64,000 nucleotides of DNA from Albugo candida (taxonomy: Eukaryota): NCBI GenBank assembly GCA_040437565.1, contig JBDOQK010000057.1:1-64000 (forward strand), in the 5' to 3' direction. The position numbers and the translations under genes were made by a program. Under the pieces are notes generated by a model. That model made no database searches. It was not told the origin of the DNA and saw nothing but the letters and a program-made list of their open reading frames with translations. Positions 49,501 through 64,000 of the stretch are shown piece by piece. Numbering within the stretch: the stretch's first letter is position 1; every line of letters begins with the position of its first letter.

Positions 49501-52500
49501 GAACCAGCCGACATCTATTTTCATTACGCTAGCACTTACATTCTGACTTGCTGTGCTGTATGTACTTCGTAAGCAGGATCTGAAAATAGAACTCTAACGC
49601 CGAGAACCGACGACACATGTCGTCCTCATTGATGTGATCGAAAGTCGACTGATCACGCAGAATGTGATTTTCCATTCCACCCAGTCATTAAAGAAGTCGT
49701 AAGATCAACGAGCGTTGTGCCAAGCGTCATGTTCGTCGCTTGACACGTCAAATACGTCGAGTATTACTATTTGACCCTAAGTAGTGTGGCGAATCTTTGA
49801 TTTCTCCATCATCTGCCTGATCAATCCTTCTCCAGGCTTGGCATTGAACACAATTCGCTCACCACGCGATAGAGTCTTTGATGCTTATCAGGAACTCCGA
49901 TTGACCGTTCTGGAATATAGTTATTTTCTATTTGCAACCCACCACATCCCGCAATGCTGTTAATACTTGTTTGTGGCTTCTTGCAATTAAGCAATCTGCC
50001 AATGCGACGTCGAGAAAAGATACTTGCACGAGCCTGACAGCGTTCAAAATGGATCTCAAGGCAAATGTGTGATTTTTTATGCACACACTTATTCAGCTCC
50101 GGTTATTTTGCACGGCACGATATTGCCCTAATTGCTGATAAAGTTACGATGGTGTGTATTCAACCGTAACGCAGACATGATTGAAAAGGTGAATATGAAT
50201 GCTGTCAACTATGTCACGTCCGTTGCGCATAAGATGACAACCCGTCATCAAACTTATGACACTTGTGATTTGCTACATCAAATTATTTAGACCGCGATCG
50301 ATACTGAATGTAACCATAACGAGGTTTTTTTTAGTATCGTCGTTGTGATCTTTCTCGTAAGTTGAGACGAAAATTTGGAACAATGTTGCACGAGGGTAAT
50401 CGACCAAGAAGAATCATGTAGCCGAAGGCGGGCAAACTGCTGAAGGAAGAAATGAAAAAAACATGTCGGTTAGTCTTATCTAGCAGTCTGGGCGAAGCAT
50501 CAGAATGAAGAGACCACGCAAATTTCAATAAGAACCTTTTTTGGATTGATTTGGCAACTGAGATACTCAGACGCTGTTAGCCAAAACACTTCTTTGCTGT
50601 TTTAATTTTTGGAGGTACCCTGAGAATTCATTAATTCTTTTTTTTTCCCGCACATACCCGTAGGCTCTATTATTTTCTGACACCATATGATTCTTGGATC
50701 GATAAGATACGAGGAATGAGAGACCAGATGGACCAGAAGAGCTATAAATTACGTAAAGGTACGGGTTTGATGGGTGTGAGGGTTTGTACTTGACTGCATT
50801 GTGATACTCCGGATTCCAGTGGTCAAATCTGGGTTCTTTCAAGACCACATTCTACGTCCGATACCACTTCTGAACTCACCTTATGCAAAGTTCCTATTGG
50901 CCTCTTTGCAAAAAGGGGCACCTCTCCGCTCGACTGTCTACCCAACATCATATCGTCTTGAAAGCGTCTATACTCTCAACCAATCACGTAATATGTCAAT
51001 GATAGACGTTTCCGTTGAGAGCGCAAAACGAAGTAATCTCGACGATTTGAAGGTCGAAAATCAGCTATTTTCGCTCTACGCCTTTACCGAGTAGAAATGT
51101 TCGTTTTTTGGTTACCGCATTGGTCATTATTTCTTCTAATGAATTAGCGACTCTTTGGATGAGAATACAAACACTTTTCATTGAAGATTTTCGCTTCAAC
51201 GATCAAGAATTGCTCCGTTTCTTGCGGTCCAGTGAATGGAGAAAGCAATCTTTTCAACTTATGTTGGCTATCACATCACTCGTTTGCATGTCTTACTACG
51301 CCTTTCAAAAAGCTACTCGCGCCAGTAGTGGTTGGTTTGATCTTGTTCTGGTAATATGAAGATTCATGATGCATGCATCCGAGCGAATATTTATCGTTTT
51401 TCAGAATGATATTGTCGGTTGTGGACATGGGAACTGCGTCGTAGAAGTTGTTTGTGATCTACCTATTGCATCAACGACAGTGAAGATTGCCTTTTCGTTC
51501 GAGATTATTGCAGCCTTATGTGCCACTGGATCGAAAAAATTGCTATAAGGAGTGAATATCCACACCAAGGGCTCATTCAAGTTCCCCAATCGTTAATAAT
51601 GCTATCGTTCAGGCTGCTCACGACGGAATGATACATTCAGATCGAGGTTTGCACTTGCTTCACTCAACCACAATGACATCGATACTACCCGTACTTTCTC
51701 ATAACGTATGTTGAGGAATACTACAGTGGGCAAAGTTAGATATCAACACAGCAATCGGCCTTCCACATCTCGACCCGCCGAAATCGAAATCATTGAAATC
51801 ATCAATCCCAGAATTCCATCCAGTTTGATCGCTTTGCTTGAAAAGTGGTTCCTTCCCGTTTATGAGGATTAAACACACTGGAATGATCACTTATCTTATT
51901 GTTCAATTGGTATTCACTATAAAAATCGTGCATAGTTCGTACGCTGATGCGGAGTCTCTTCTACGGACTCCCTTCATCGTCGTGTTTGGTCGTCTCGATG
52001 ATCTTACAGCAAGTGTGTCAGGTGCTTTCTCAAATTTGGACAGAAGGCGTGTGTAGATTCCAGCTATCTTACAATAGATGAATTAAATTATCCAACTTAT
52101 CTCGATTTGAGCGAAATGATAGAAATGAAAGACTTCGTAATGGACTAAATAGCTGGAAGTCGTATGGACAGTTGCATCCTTACTGCTGGGGACACTCAAG
52201 ACTTTGCTAATCAAGATTTAGTTCTGGAAGGAAAAGGTACCAGATCATGGCGATATTCCACATTATCAGCGTCTCTTTTTGAACGACGATTGCGGGACGA
52301 AGATCGGATAAATTTGATCAATGGAGTGCCAGACATCAATGACTACTGCACGTCATACTCGGTCTCACATTTGTAAGGATACACACACTTCCTTACACAG
52401 ATATGAAAGCAGCCAGCAACGCGCATTGAGAAGTCTATACTCAATCATCGCTAGGAATAGGATGATTATCGACCAAAAGGGAAGAATTGAGAAGCGATAT

Positions 52501-55500
52501 TTTTGAGTGCTTGAATCATCTACATTTAGCACGCTCCGAAGCATCCGAACATACGAATACTATGACTGCCTTCAAATATTGCAAGACCTGGCAACCAATC
52601 ACGGAGCAATGAAAACGAGTAGCAAACGCAACAACAATCTGCTTCATACGATTTGTTCTAATAAACGCTCTTGTTGTCACCGTTGTTGGATATCTGGAGA
52701 AAAAGGTACACCAAATTCGTATGGTATACGTACTTCATGAACTACGCAAACAATCGACTTATTTAGTTGCTGATGGTCGTGTATCTTGACCACAAATGAC
52801 ATTGCGGGCAATAATGAGTTGTTCTGAATGTCGGACACTGCTGAGGATCAAGGCTACTATGTTGCGAAAAGTGGACCATAAAGGGTTAAGTAGAAGTGGG
52901 GGTCATCTGGATTTCTTGAGAGCGGTATTTATCCTACACAAGATGGTATTGCTCTTCACATCCGATACTTGAAACAGATGTTACTTTGGCGTTATGAATT
53001 TTGGCAATATGTAAACGGCACCTACTTTTTAACCAATGGATGTATCAGTACATTGCCCATGTTTATTCGAATTTAAAATACCTGTTTGATGCCGTTGTGC
53101 TTTTATCGCTAATATACGTTGTTTCAAACCTTTTTTTATAACCGGTCGCAATGAATAAAATGCTGCATATCAATGTGATGATACGGAGCTGTTATGCCAT
53201 TAAGTGCTACGCGAATCTCATTAATATCAGGCCGACTCAGTTTGCGGCCGGTGTCCGTTAACCTCGTTTTGAGCAATCTTTCAGAACAGCTACTTCTGAA
53301 GAAATTGCTAAGCACACCAAGATACGTTGTACGAGTGGCTGTGATCGTCTGGCACCATCAGAAGTCAACGCATGGTTAATTATCCTAGAATACCTCTGAT
53401 TGTGTGGACCACCTAGTTCAGCTATAGTCAAGCACTCGATCTCAACTATCATCAGTCTGACACAAGCCGAATTGCCGATCTAATCGATTTATTTACATCG
53501 TCACACAAGCAGAATCTCATATCTTTTCGTTTTCATTCTCAGTCACGGTTTGACTCAATGTGGTTAGTGTTTCCTCAATGTTTCATGCCCTCTATACACA
53601 CTACACAGTGTGCTCTCTCAGGGGAAGAAATTGCTGCCGATCCTCTCTGCGGGCACAAACCTTTGAGCATTTGACCATGATCTCCCATAAGAACCGCATC
53701 ATTTAACCAGTGAGATGCGAGCAATGGTTCGTCTTCATCGTGAAGACTTTGTCCGGTATTTAAATCACAAACTATCGGTATAATTATGAGCTCTGTATAC
53801 TTTGCCACAATGCGTGCTATATCCTTCCAACAAGGACATGAGCTGGACGAGGTCCCATTCAGCTCAGCGAATCATCAATATGCAATCAAAGAATGTCACA
53901 AGCTGGTCGATAAACGATTGAACACAAAAGTCCATCAGGATAGCACAACAAGTTGAGAACGTAAGACTTCTATAAAAAATTCCTGGTCTTTATCGGTCAG
54001 AAAACTTCGTCGCGCCACAAGTATCTATTTGCATCTGAATTATGAGCTACGACGCAAAACCCAGGATCAAAAATGGATACCTCCAATTCATGCCGGTCCC
54101 TCTTCTTAAATAAAACTGCTGAGCAAGATGCTAAAATCGCTAAAAAGCAAAGTTCTGTCTCGCCTAGATACAGCAGGTGTTAATGCTCGCGAAGTCAAGT
54201 CGTTACTTGGGCGGCCCTTGGTGTAATTGAGAAAATTTATGCCTCACTAATTAACAGCGATAAGTCTCATCCCAAGAAAATGGCTTGAAGGCACAAAATG
54301 GGAGAATGGAAGAATGCGACTGCGCTAAAAGAATGTTCGTACTGCTGCGTTGGAAACGAAAGTTGAAAGAATTCTTGCGCCTTTCCTTGCCATCAATATT
54401 CTAGCGAGAGGGAGGCTCATGTCGGAGCCTTATCGCGAAAAGTCTTTGCAGAACGAGAGGCTCCAAAAAGCGATTGGCAAATCTGTCCAACGGTACAGGT
54501 AAGCCAGATCTATGTATACCAACATTGATGTAATTAAGAGCGTTCAGGGGAGCGTTGAAGAGCATCTCAAACGTGAAATGTTGTATTCGTTGGGATCTGT
54601 CTCGTGGCTAAAGCATTATCAGGACGAGCCGTTCATTGTCTCTTCAAAAAGCGTCGAACCGGACGTATCTGTGCCTGCATTACAAACGTGCTTAATGGCT
54701 GGCATTAAAGATCGTGAATAAAGGCAATTATGTATCAATGTGACGTAAAATACGCGCTCAAAAAGTCTATTTGAATCGGCTCCTGAAACGCATCGTCACT
54801 TGAGTCAACGAACACTTTGATATCTAGTGTCCGGAATGGAAGGACTTTGAACATGTGGTCTTGAAGTCCTAAGTGCAGACTCTCATGATCTCAGGGACTC
54901 CAGAAGCTGACGGACTCATCTTAATCGCTTATTTGGACATGGATTGAAAAGCTACAGTCAGAGAAACGTTATCAAGAATCTCTACACGACTCGTAGCTTA
55001 TACGTTGCTTAGAAGACGGCCCTTATCTTTACTTGGAAACCACTTATCAGCGCAATGTTAAGCCATTTCCAGCCTTTGGGCCATTTCCCTTCTTTGTGCC
55101 TGTTTACTTAGTTTTGTGCCTCGCAACGAAAACGGTCACAAGTTGATACGACATTTTACTCGTCAATGAATTCAATGAAAGGTATTCAAGCATCCAAACA
55201 CCTTCCATCTTGAGCATCTGGAAATTGCTTCCGCCGAAAATGATCTCAAATACCTCGGTATTTCGTCAGTCTTAATGATGGCGTGCCCAAAGCTCAAATA
55301 CCCTGACTGCAACCAAGTCAACACACAATCGCCGTCGTTAGGTTCCTCCCTTCCAAGCTCGATCTCGTTCTCGTTAGCTTTTGTGCTGCAATATCGTTCT
55401 CTCTTGGGCCTTAGTGCTTTTTCTAAACTGCGATCACCGAATCCTCAACACGAACATCGGTATATGAGCGCGTATGGTGCAGACCTGACCTTGAAACTGA

Positions 55501-58500
55501 CAGGGGCTCTCTTTGTTTATCTATTCACGTATTGGATGGTTCCCTTTTCAAATTTCTTGGTGGATGTACCTCAAAAAGTAAAGGCAGAGGTTCAGCTTTT
55601 GTCAAGAACGAGATGTCTTGCGCAAAGACAAGTCTTCCGGTAATTGACGCACGCACACAAGATCCATATTCTGCATTCATCTAGTCTATTTGAACATCTA
55701 GAAGAATAGCACTACCCCCCAGGACGTCCAAGCGCTACGAATGAATCACGGGCCTATCATCCCGAGAAGTGTTCAATTTACAAGATACAGCAGGTTCAAA
55801 CCTATTGAGTGCCAAGCTGTACACTACACCTGGCACTTTGTTCTAGAGCTGACAGACAATACCGTCGACAACTTTATCACTTGAATTTATCCACGATATG
55901 CAGCTTTATCATCACAGAGAACCAGATGGAATTCTTTAAGGATAAGGTCGAATACACTGACGCATAGAGCCAGGCGTTGTGTGCGGACCGCTAAACAATG
56001 ATGCCGAAACTGTTGCATCGAGAACAAAGCAAATCAGCTTCACTTGCCTCATAGAAGTACCATTCGTCCTTAGTGATGATTAAGAATACCATTGCAATTC
56101 TCAAAAGTACCTCTCGAAGGTTATCAGCGATCGATACACGGCTTGTTGTTACACTTCATTTGAGTATCAACGACTCGATGTTTCAACATTTGATTGTGTA
56201 TTTCCCAGCCCATTCAGAAGTCCTACGATTCATCGTACAGGTAAATGTTATGCTTTCAAGCTCTCCTAAACTCATCAATGCAGTTAAAGGCACAGAATCA
56301 ACGGGTTTTTAGATCCCTTCCAGGTCCTTTTTGGACATACCGTGACGTTTTAATGAAGTCCTTGAAGTCACATAGAAGTCCACAAGTGAGTCTCTCGCGA
56401 TCAATACTGTCGGAATTTTCCTGTCAGAGGCACGTGGAAGCTTCTTTCCGCTCCACACCCAGACAATCCTTCATTTGAAGCGTGAAGCTCTCTGGGTTCC
56501 CAATGCTTACGACGATGTAACCTGCAGCCTCCTTAAGTAATCAATGGACGCACTTTAAGTGCTGAGACACGAGGCTGAATGGGTGTAATGTCGGCTGTAT
56601 CGTGCTACAGTGAAGCGAGTCTATCTCACACTATAATGTCAGCTTTCTCGTATTGGAACATAGGTTCGCTTTAGATTGGAAACTTCCGGGCCATACACAC
56701 AGCCAGATGTTAGTTCTCTTTGCAGCAAAGGAAAAATCATGGGGAATAAAAAAAGAACATCTGCAGAATCTCGTTGTTTTGCTGTCAAGATCAGCTCCCC
56801 GAATAGCTCCCTCAAAAGAGCTAGGCTTGACGCACTTTACAAAGAGTTTATATGGATTCTGTGCTTTCTGCCGATTCTCCAGATGAGACGCTGCTAGAGC
56901 TCGCCAGAAGATCAGTAGATGGGATATATCTTCAGTGAAAGTCAAACAAGCGGCACCTTTCGTTCACAATGAGATTGCCGTTTTGTTACAAAGTTTTGGC
57001 CGAAGTACAACTATTTTACTTGCAATCGTAAAGAAAGCCTTTCTGATCCAATCGAACAGAAGCATGAATAAATTCCTCATCAAACGACCGAATTGGGGAC
57101 ACGGACGCTCTCAAAGAACAGGAGCATCAACTCCCTCCATTTTGGTAGGCTTACGTTTTGTTCAATCTAAATCGATTGCAAGGGACTTTCCTAAGGAAAC
57201 GGCTTCATTGTATTTTTTATTATATCCAATAGTGTCATCAATCCGATGCATTTCAAAGCTTTCCATGTAACGTTGGAGGCTTCTTGATTATCATTTGTAG
57301 AAGAATCCTTTGAGATTGGCTAAATTTTGAAAGGCGTTAGTGCTCGGAAAGCTGTGGATGCAACAAAGAAGCTCTCTCCTGGAACGACAAGAGTGGAATT
57401 CAGAGTCTCTTATAAATAAAGTCCGCTTTGTGCGCCCAAGCATTGAAACGGAGAAAGACCCGATAGCTTTACCATTCCAAGTTGAATGCTATCTTAATCT
57501 ACTTTTTCTTGGAAATTTGAAATCGTAAGTGGCATTGGAAGCTCTGAATACAATTTTCGTGGTCTCGCTCAAGCATCTGTGACGCTTGAAAAGCAGCGAT
57601 GTCTACAGATCTTCGAAATTTGTATCTTCAGCATCTTTTGAGCTATTACTCGCTCACAGTTTAGACCCCTCGCTGAGCTTTCTGGAATGGGTGGAAGTAC
57701 AAGACGTGAGCTTCACAGACATCAGAGCATTGGCTTCCAGAAAAGAATGTTTCATCGATAAAGTTCTTAGCTGATTCTACTGACTCAAGTAGAATGTATC
57801 GGATCAAAAGACAGCGTATATTAAGACTTCCATCAAGCGGTTCTTTGCGGAATTTTTCAAGCGTCATGAATTGGTATGAACAAAGACTACAACGTCTTAC
57901 ATCATACAATTTTGTCGATTCAACCACGGCTTTATATTATACCGTGCTCGACATTGCTTTTGTCGCTCAAAAGAGACAGTTTGGAAGAGAGCCCTGAACT
58001 GCATCTCCATAGCCGGAGCCTCCGTCCTGGCAAACTATATGTCGCAAATGGTATGTTTGACGTCTTCTTTGGAGCCCTCGTGACATATATCACTGAACTC
58101 CATGTAATCATCAAAACCCTTACATGGACTTTAGCGGCGTTCCTGAGACGCCACTGATTCATCATGTCTGTCAGCATCTCACGAGCAAGAAAATGCCTGG
58201 AATACCGAAAGCTGTTCTTGTACTAGAAACCATTGCTCACTTCTGATCAAACTGTTCTTGATGTCTTTCAAAGAGCTTGAGACGATCCAAATGCCCTCGG
58301 GTCTCCAGATTAATTTGGCTGCCAATATTGACCAGTACACGTATTTGAATCCCAACTGCCGATCGCTTTTGTTTGGCCGCATGCGATGAAACCGAATCAC
58401 ATATCGTTAAAAGGTTGAATTACCTATTTCGTTCTACTTAAGCGAATGCTCCTCTGGGCATTGGCGTCATTTCGACATGGATAACAAAGGGATTGTGAAA

Positions 58501-59379
58501 GTTTTACCGCTTTAAACATTGAAACAGCAATTATTTGTGTAGAGCAGTATGAATGGACCAAGCTGCTGCGTCGGCTATACAACGAGCGAATCGTTGTAAC
58601 TGGATGAGAATGCTGGCTGCACTCAGCTGTAACAAACGTATCATCAAATACCAGAACGGACGTAAGGTATGCACCATGAGTTCCTTCATTCGTATCGTAA
58701 TTTCGGGACCGCACCACGAATCCAAAGTTGACTGGAGTAGATTTTTCAAGGTTACGGTTAAGCTATCGAAATTTGAACCGGGGACTATGAGAATTTGGTT
58801 TGTTTGCTTGGATGACGATGACGGAAGTCTTTTGGAAAGGAATTTCTCCGTCTTCCTGACGCGAGTTTGCAGCATTCCATCACTTTATTCGCATTATTTG
58901 ACAGCGTCGGTGTGCAATACTCAAAAGTGACCAAAGATAAAGAACTCGCGAGTGTCGAGAAGCAATTTTCACTCGGTGTACTTGACAGCCGGAAGATTTA
59001 TATGAGGCTATAACTGGCAAACTGCCGCGAGCTTTATCAAGCGATCAAGCAAGACCGGGTAATTGTCCAATGAATAGAGTAGTACTAAAATGGTTGATTT
59101 TTTGAATGTAAGAAATCATATTCATAATTGATATGAAATCCTAAAGTTTCGGGAAATTGAGTCCGTTATGTGCACTCATCAAAGCGCAATAATATTCAAA
59201 GGTTCGATGACGTCGGTATGTAGCGGTCGACTTTGGTTCTCGAGTCCGATTGGCAAACAATAGCTTATCTGCTCATTGCACGAATGATGAAAAGATACGA
59301 AACAAAGAGGGGATACTCGAGGTAGAGAAAAAGTCGATTACAGTACCTCGAAGGAAGTTTTTGAAATGATACCAGTGAG

Positions 59380-59620
59380 TGGAATCCAGAGATGGTTTTA
59401 TGGAGTAAGAAAACGTGCAATCTGGTCCGAGCACAAGAAATCTACAGTTTCAGGAAATATTTCGAATGAATGGATAATCAATTATAAGGTATCTACCTGT
59501 TCAAAGGAGGCAATGAGGATGGTGATGTTCTGTGAGAGCTGCTTGTATTCGTTATGCTAGAAGAGAAACCGAAAATGTTGAATCGGGAAGGTATCTCACT
59601 TGATGATGAATGGGTGGAAC
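59380..59620 (+). pseudogene. Possible DnaJ/Hsp40 C-terminal domain remnant
   Basis: SEHKKSTVSGNISNEWIINYKV followed by FKGGNEDGDVL*ELLVFVMLEEKPKMLNREGISL loosely matches the DnaJ_C pattern (GW..G.KI.F..EG.E....D.VFV..EKPH..F.REG.DL). No J domain (HPD) was seen. Confidence 0.25.
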
Positions 59621-62600
59621 TAGCTTAAGAACAAGATCGCTGAGTTACCGATAGAAGCAACATGGAGCATGAGGACAAATCGTGCAAGGAAGAAGATCTA
59701 CGATTCTAACACGAGCATTCATATGTATCGCAAGACGAGGAAACACATGAGAAGAAAAAAAAGGCTTTTATCGAACCGAACTTAAAATTGCTCAGATCAA
59801 ATCTTGTTTCAATCTAAGATAAGTACTCAAATTCGAAAAAAGCGTCAGAATTGAAGTACAAGTCTGAACAAGAATGGCGTGTGATTGATTACAAATACAG
59901 AAATGAGACAAAAGCGCAAACCTGACAGTGGACGAGAAGCGAGACGAAACGCTCGTAACAACGTTCCGATATTCTCCGAGATCAGTTAAAGGGGATATGG
60001 AGAGTGTGTGATTACTTTTATTCGAACGTGCCTTACTGTAAACCAAGCGTACAAGAGATGACCACGAATCTGGTGACGAAAAAGAATAAAATTGAGAAGC
60101 TCAGAAAGCATACCTAAGCACCTCGACCTCGATACATTCACTTTAGGCCACGATGATACAAGGAATAATTTTGTGTCAGAGAGAGAAACGGTAAGGCGAC
60201 AAGTGAAGAAGTAAGACATCGTTAACGCTATCGATGGTTCTATGATGCTCTGCATGAGCAATTGAAGCAGAAGAAGTTGAACGCCTCCTCAAGCAAGATT
60301 TACATGCCGCAGAGCTCTAGTATGTAATTCAAGCATTTCACACGGCTCTGTTGGATCAGAAAAGTGGTTTGTTCGCCAGAAACGTTGTCTGATAGATGGG
60401 AACGAAAAGTGGTATTGCACAAAAGTACTTAGAACGGGTATAAACATGTGAACGGGTCCGCGTAGTTACGCAAAAAAAAGGAGGAGTCAATCTATTGGAT
60501 GACAGTTATGCTCAAAGCCATACTGATTTCAAAGAAGCCTGAAGATTTCAGGAACAATGCTCCTGTTCGAAAAGATCTTGACGGGTCCATAGCATTTACA
60601 GGACTGCAAATCCACGAGAAAAATATGAAGATGTGTCAATGACGTCACCGACTCGTTCCCTGCTTGAGGAACTTGCAAATGCTTTCCGTTTCTTGGCAGC
60701 CCGCTTTACAGAAAAAATAAACTACACCCTGCAGCAGTCGACAATACAGCTGAAAAGATATATTAATTCTATCAGGTCAGTTATGGAACGCATGGACGAT
60801 GAGAAAAAAACGCTGCAAATACTGCGTATTTACTATCAACAACAAAAAGGAAGCACTTATCAAGAAAAGACAGAGCCTATAGAGCAACCTGTAAGTTCTA
60901 TGACGGATGATTACAAGCAATCTCTGGAGCATCATGACGATTACTTTGCCGAGCTAAATACCATCATAACCCGACGATAGGAAGTGGAAGTGGCATGGAA
61001 ACTAATTTTGATGAAAGAGGTATACTATGATCGAGCATGCAGTGGATTTGGAGGCAATTTTGGAATTGGTGGGGAGGAAGGGGCTGGTTAATAATTTTTT
61101 GAGTGGCTGGAGAAAGTTTACGAAGCATATATTCGATAATATCACCTTTGGTTGAAAACAAGTCGGATCGACCGAATGCAAATCAAAGGTATCAGAAAAG
61201 AACTTTGAAAATGGACACTTAGAAAGATGCACTATCCAACATCCAGCATTGAAAACAGCTCGAAAATCCTTTCAAATCGCAAACCTGCATCGTCGAACTT
61301 CCAACACCGTGGCTCTAGCGGTTCTAGTCAGCGCGGTGATACTGGATCGTAAACGAAACCCCAGGGTATAAAATTGATGGGACAGCTTATCGCAAGGGAT
61401 CAGAAAGTATCCGGTACGGATCAAAAAGTCACGTATATTGATTCCGCAATCAAAGCAGCAAAACTGAAGAAAACATTGTCTGCAACAACCGTGCAAGTAT
61501 CACGTATAGATAAGAGTGGACTTCGAGATCAATTTGCTTAATAGGTCAACAGGTATGCGGAATCGGTCTGGGCGTATTCATCTCGCAGATGATGTCGCTG
61601 TGAAAGCAGCACGTCCTCTTACCACAAATGCATTAGAGAAAAAACTGCATCACAAACAGCGCCTTCTCTCGAGCTGAATCAAAAGGAGTAAACAAAGAAC
61701 GCAAAACAATCGCTATCCTCTTATTGTACCTCCAACAAATTATTTAGATAGCATAGAATTGTTCTGCTTAGCAGCTTCTGAGAATCTCAATTACTAAAAT
61801 AAAACAGAAGAATACTTTTATTACAATTTGCGTTGTCTCGCAATTCTAAAGCTTTGCGCAGACAGCTATATAAATTTAAACGACATGGTTTTTGCAACTC
61901 TTCCTCCAGCGATTTGTCGCAGTTCGATAGCATGATACATTCAATTCAGTTACCCTAGTACAACATTGGTTCAACATTTCGTTCTCAACGTTGGAGAAAA
62001 TCAAATGGGGATGCTCAAGCGCGCGACAGCGTTATCGTTACGATCACGTTCGTTATTGGTCATGGTTGGTATACTTTAAATAGGTAAGTCACAAGTATCA
62101 CACGTTTGAGGAGGTATTTTTAGTAGGCGCTATCTTATCTACAGCAGACGTGACATAGCCTAAAGAAGCTGGACGTCGAACTAAATTATTAGCTTTATCC
62201 GATTAAAAACATGTACACTAATCACACAAATTCTTCCTCATGCGTCTAATCTAGTTATATTGCTCTATATAAGCGCATTGAGGTCTTCTTTCTTGACTCA
62301 TAGCTTCAACTTACTTCTACAATTCAGATCATATGTATAATTCTCGATCAGCTGGTTGATATCACTTCATCTCACTGAATCCTAGCTATGCTGGTCGGTC
62401 AAAGCACTTCCTATCGTCTAGAATACATTCGACAAAACATCGGAACATACGCGCCACCTTCGTACCACCTCCATGTATCGAGTTATACGATGGCGACCAA
62501 TGCGATTATTTCGATGTAATGCTAGTAGAATGAGGACTCCAGACGGCTTTCTCTTCAGACACGCGCTACACAATGAGCACCATGAATGAAAGTTTCCCAA

Positions 62601-64000
62601 AATGCTGACATCTCAACTGGTATATAACGCTTCACGCACCCCAAAATCGAGATTCGATTCAATATACAACTCCTCTCAGCTCACAGCTAATCGGATAAAT
62701 GACCTTCAACCTTCAGACAGCAGTCATTTGCCGCTTTAAGGCCTCCCTACTGACCTTAAGACCAGAGCATCCTCGGAACCGTAAACATGCCACGTACAGT
62801 TTACTCAATTTCAAATCGTGTGACAATTTATCGCTCGTTTGCGCTCGAGGTAGTCTTTGACACGCATCAAAAGCCAACGGGAGAATAGCGCTCCATTTCG
62901 GTCGTTTTTACTGCGCCAATTACATAACAAAGGATGTGGTGCATTTGCGGGTCCAGTGTCATTCGCCATATAATCGTAATCAACTAGAGTATCAACGTCA
63001 TCGAGTCGCTCAGTAAGTCACAATTACGATCTCGGAAGTGAGACTGCAATGCTTTTGGCCACATTTATCTCAAAAAAGTTGCCGTCCGAATAGGTAGAAC
63101 ATGACTACCAATTGGCTCGAATATATGAGGTCTCATGTAACTATGATCTGGAAAGCAGCGACAAGCTCTATAGAAATTGTTATCAATGCAGCACTGAAAA
63201 AATCCACTACTTAATTCAAGCTTCTTCAGGAAATTTTTCCAGGCGGTGTCATATTCGCGTGGTAAGTCAGTATACCTACCGGCAGATTTATGATCGTTTG
63301 CGTATGAAAGTACAAAATCGATCTGAACCAGCACCATTTATCATATCTCCCCAGCCCTCGACGGGTTGAATAAAAGCGGATTCATCACAAAATAGCAAGA
63401 AACAAGTTCTATCTCTTCCGCTTCCGACATTGATAGTTTTAAGAAAGATGGTGGCAACTCATGCGCCAAATTCATTTTTTCTTTCTCGTACCGCCGCCTG
63501 TTTGGATGTGGGATGGACCCCACGCAGTACGACGACATCATTTACGACATTGGAATCAGAGCCGGAGGCTTCATTTCCGACACATATTTCTCCACCACAT
63601 TGAGACGAATGGATCAAAGAATCGAGCAGTGATTACATGCAGCGGCAATGCGGCTTTGTGGTCACTTTGAATCGACGTTCTTAGTGATTTGTGTGTTTGA
63701 ATATCTCCTTTTACGAGCACACTCAATTTTCATGACACAAGCCTTTCTCGTCTGTACGGAATACAAGTGTTAGAGATCGCATGACGTCGAATCAGTGACA
63801 TCTATCAATCGATAGGGAACGCGTTTGCGATCACAACGACACTGAAAAAGAAATACGCACTTATTCTTTTGCGATGGGAGCATCCGTCAAAATATATATC
63901 ATTTCGTGCCGTCGCTGTTTCACATTTACTGCAGCTGCAAGTCGATTGAATGTCAATCTTGGCTGAAATCTTAGAGCTACGAGCTTATCGTCAAGACCAG

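Noticed and set aside
49600..50200. Possible AAA+ Walker A/B remnants (ITGAE.., IVILDVFD) on the minus strand
   Set aside because: Key residues are absent and the motifs are in different frames; too weak to call.
51100..53900. Hydrophobic fragments resembling a TRP/polycystin-type channel (KHTGMITYLIV.., SLLRTPFIVVFGRLD)
   Set aside because: Plausible decayed membrane-protein gene, but the similarity is generic and needs a profile search.
55200..64000. Many 60-125 aa ORFs on both strands
   Set aside because: No consistent exon chain or identifiable motif apart from the weak DnaJ-like patch; treated as unidentified decayed coding sequence.

Overview
This is eukaryotic genomic DNA, most likely from an oomycete (Albugo-like). 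That assignment is an inference from an oomycete-type copia gag, a cadherin relic and short GT-AG introns. The ORF track has nothing longer than 175 aa, and I could not support a single intact protein-coding gene in the 64 kb. The window holds two kinds of relic. (i) Transposons: a nested cluster at about 9.0-17.4 kb, made of a full-length but decayed Ty1/copia element with ~150-bp LTRs and a half-tRNA-iMet primer site, an IS630/Tc1-related DDE transposase relic, and a TIR element with a 9-bp TSD. Elsewhere there are an L1/Tx1-type LINE RT relic, a FAR1-type MULE with TIRs, and a foldback-like MuDR relic. (ii) Heavily decayed cellular genes: an intron-containing DNA topoisomerase II (very clear), a cadherin-repeat protein, and a VPS13-like protein with an apparent DEP domain. 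Several further long stretches look like decayed coding sequence but I could not identify them. There is also a near-loopless 147-bp palindrome at the window start, several tandem arrays, and three 100-N gaps. I found no convincing novel intact system. The most notable property is the region-wide pseudogenisation of normally conserved genes. All homology calls come from manual motif recognition; no database searches were run.
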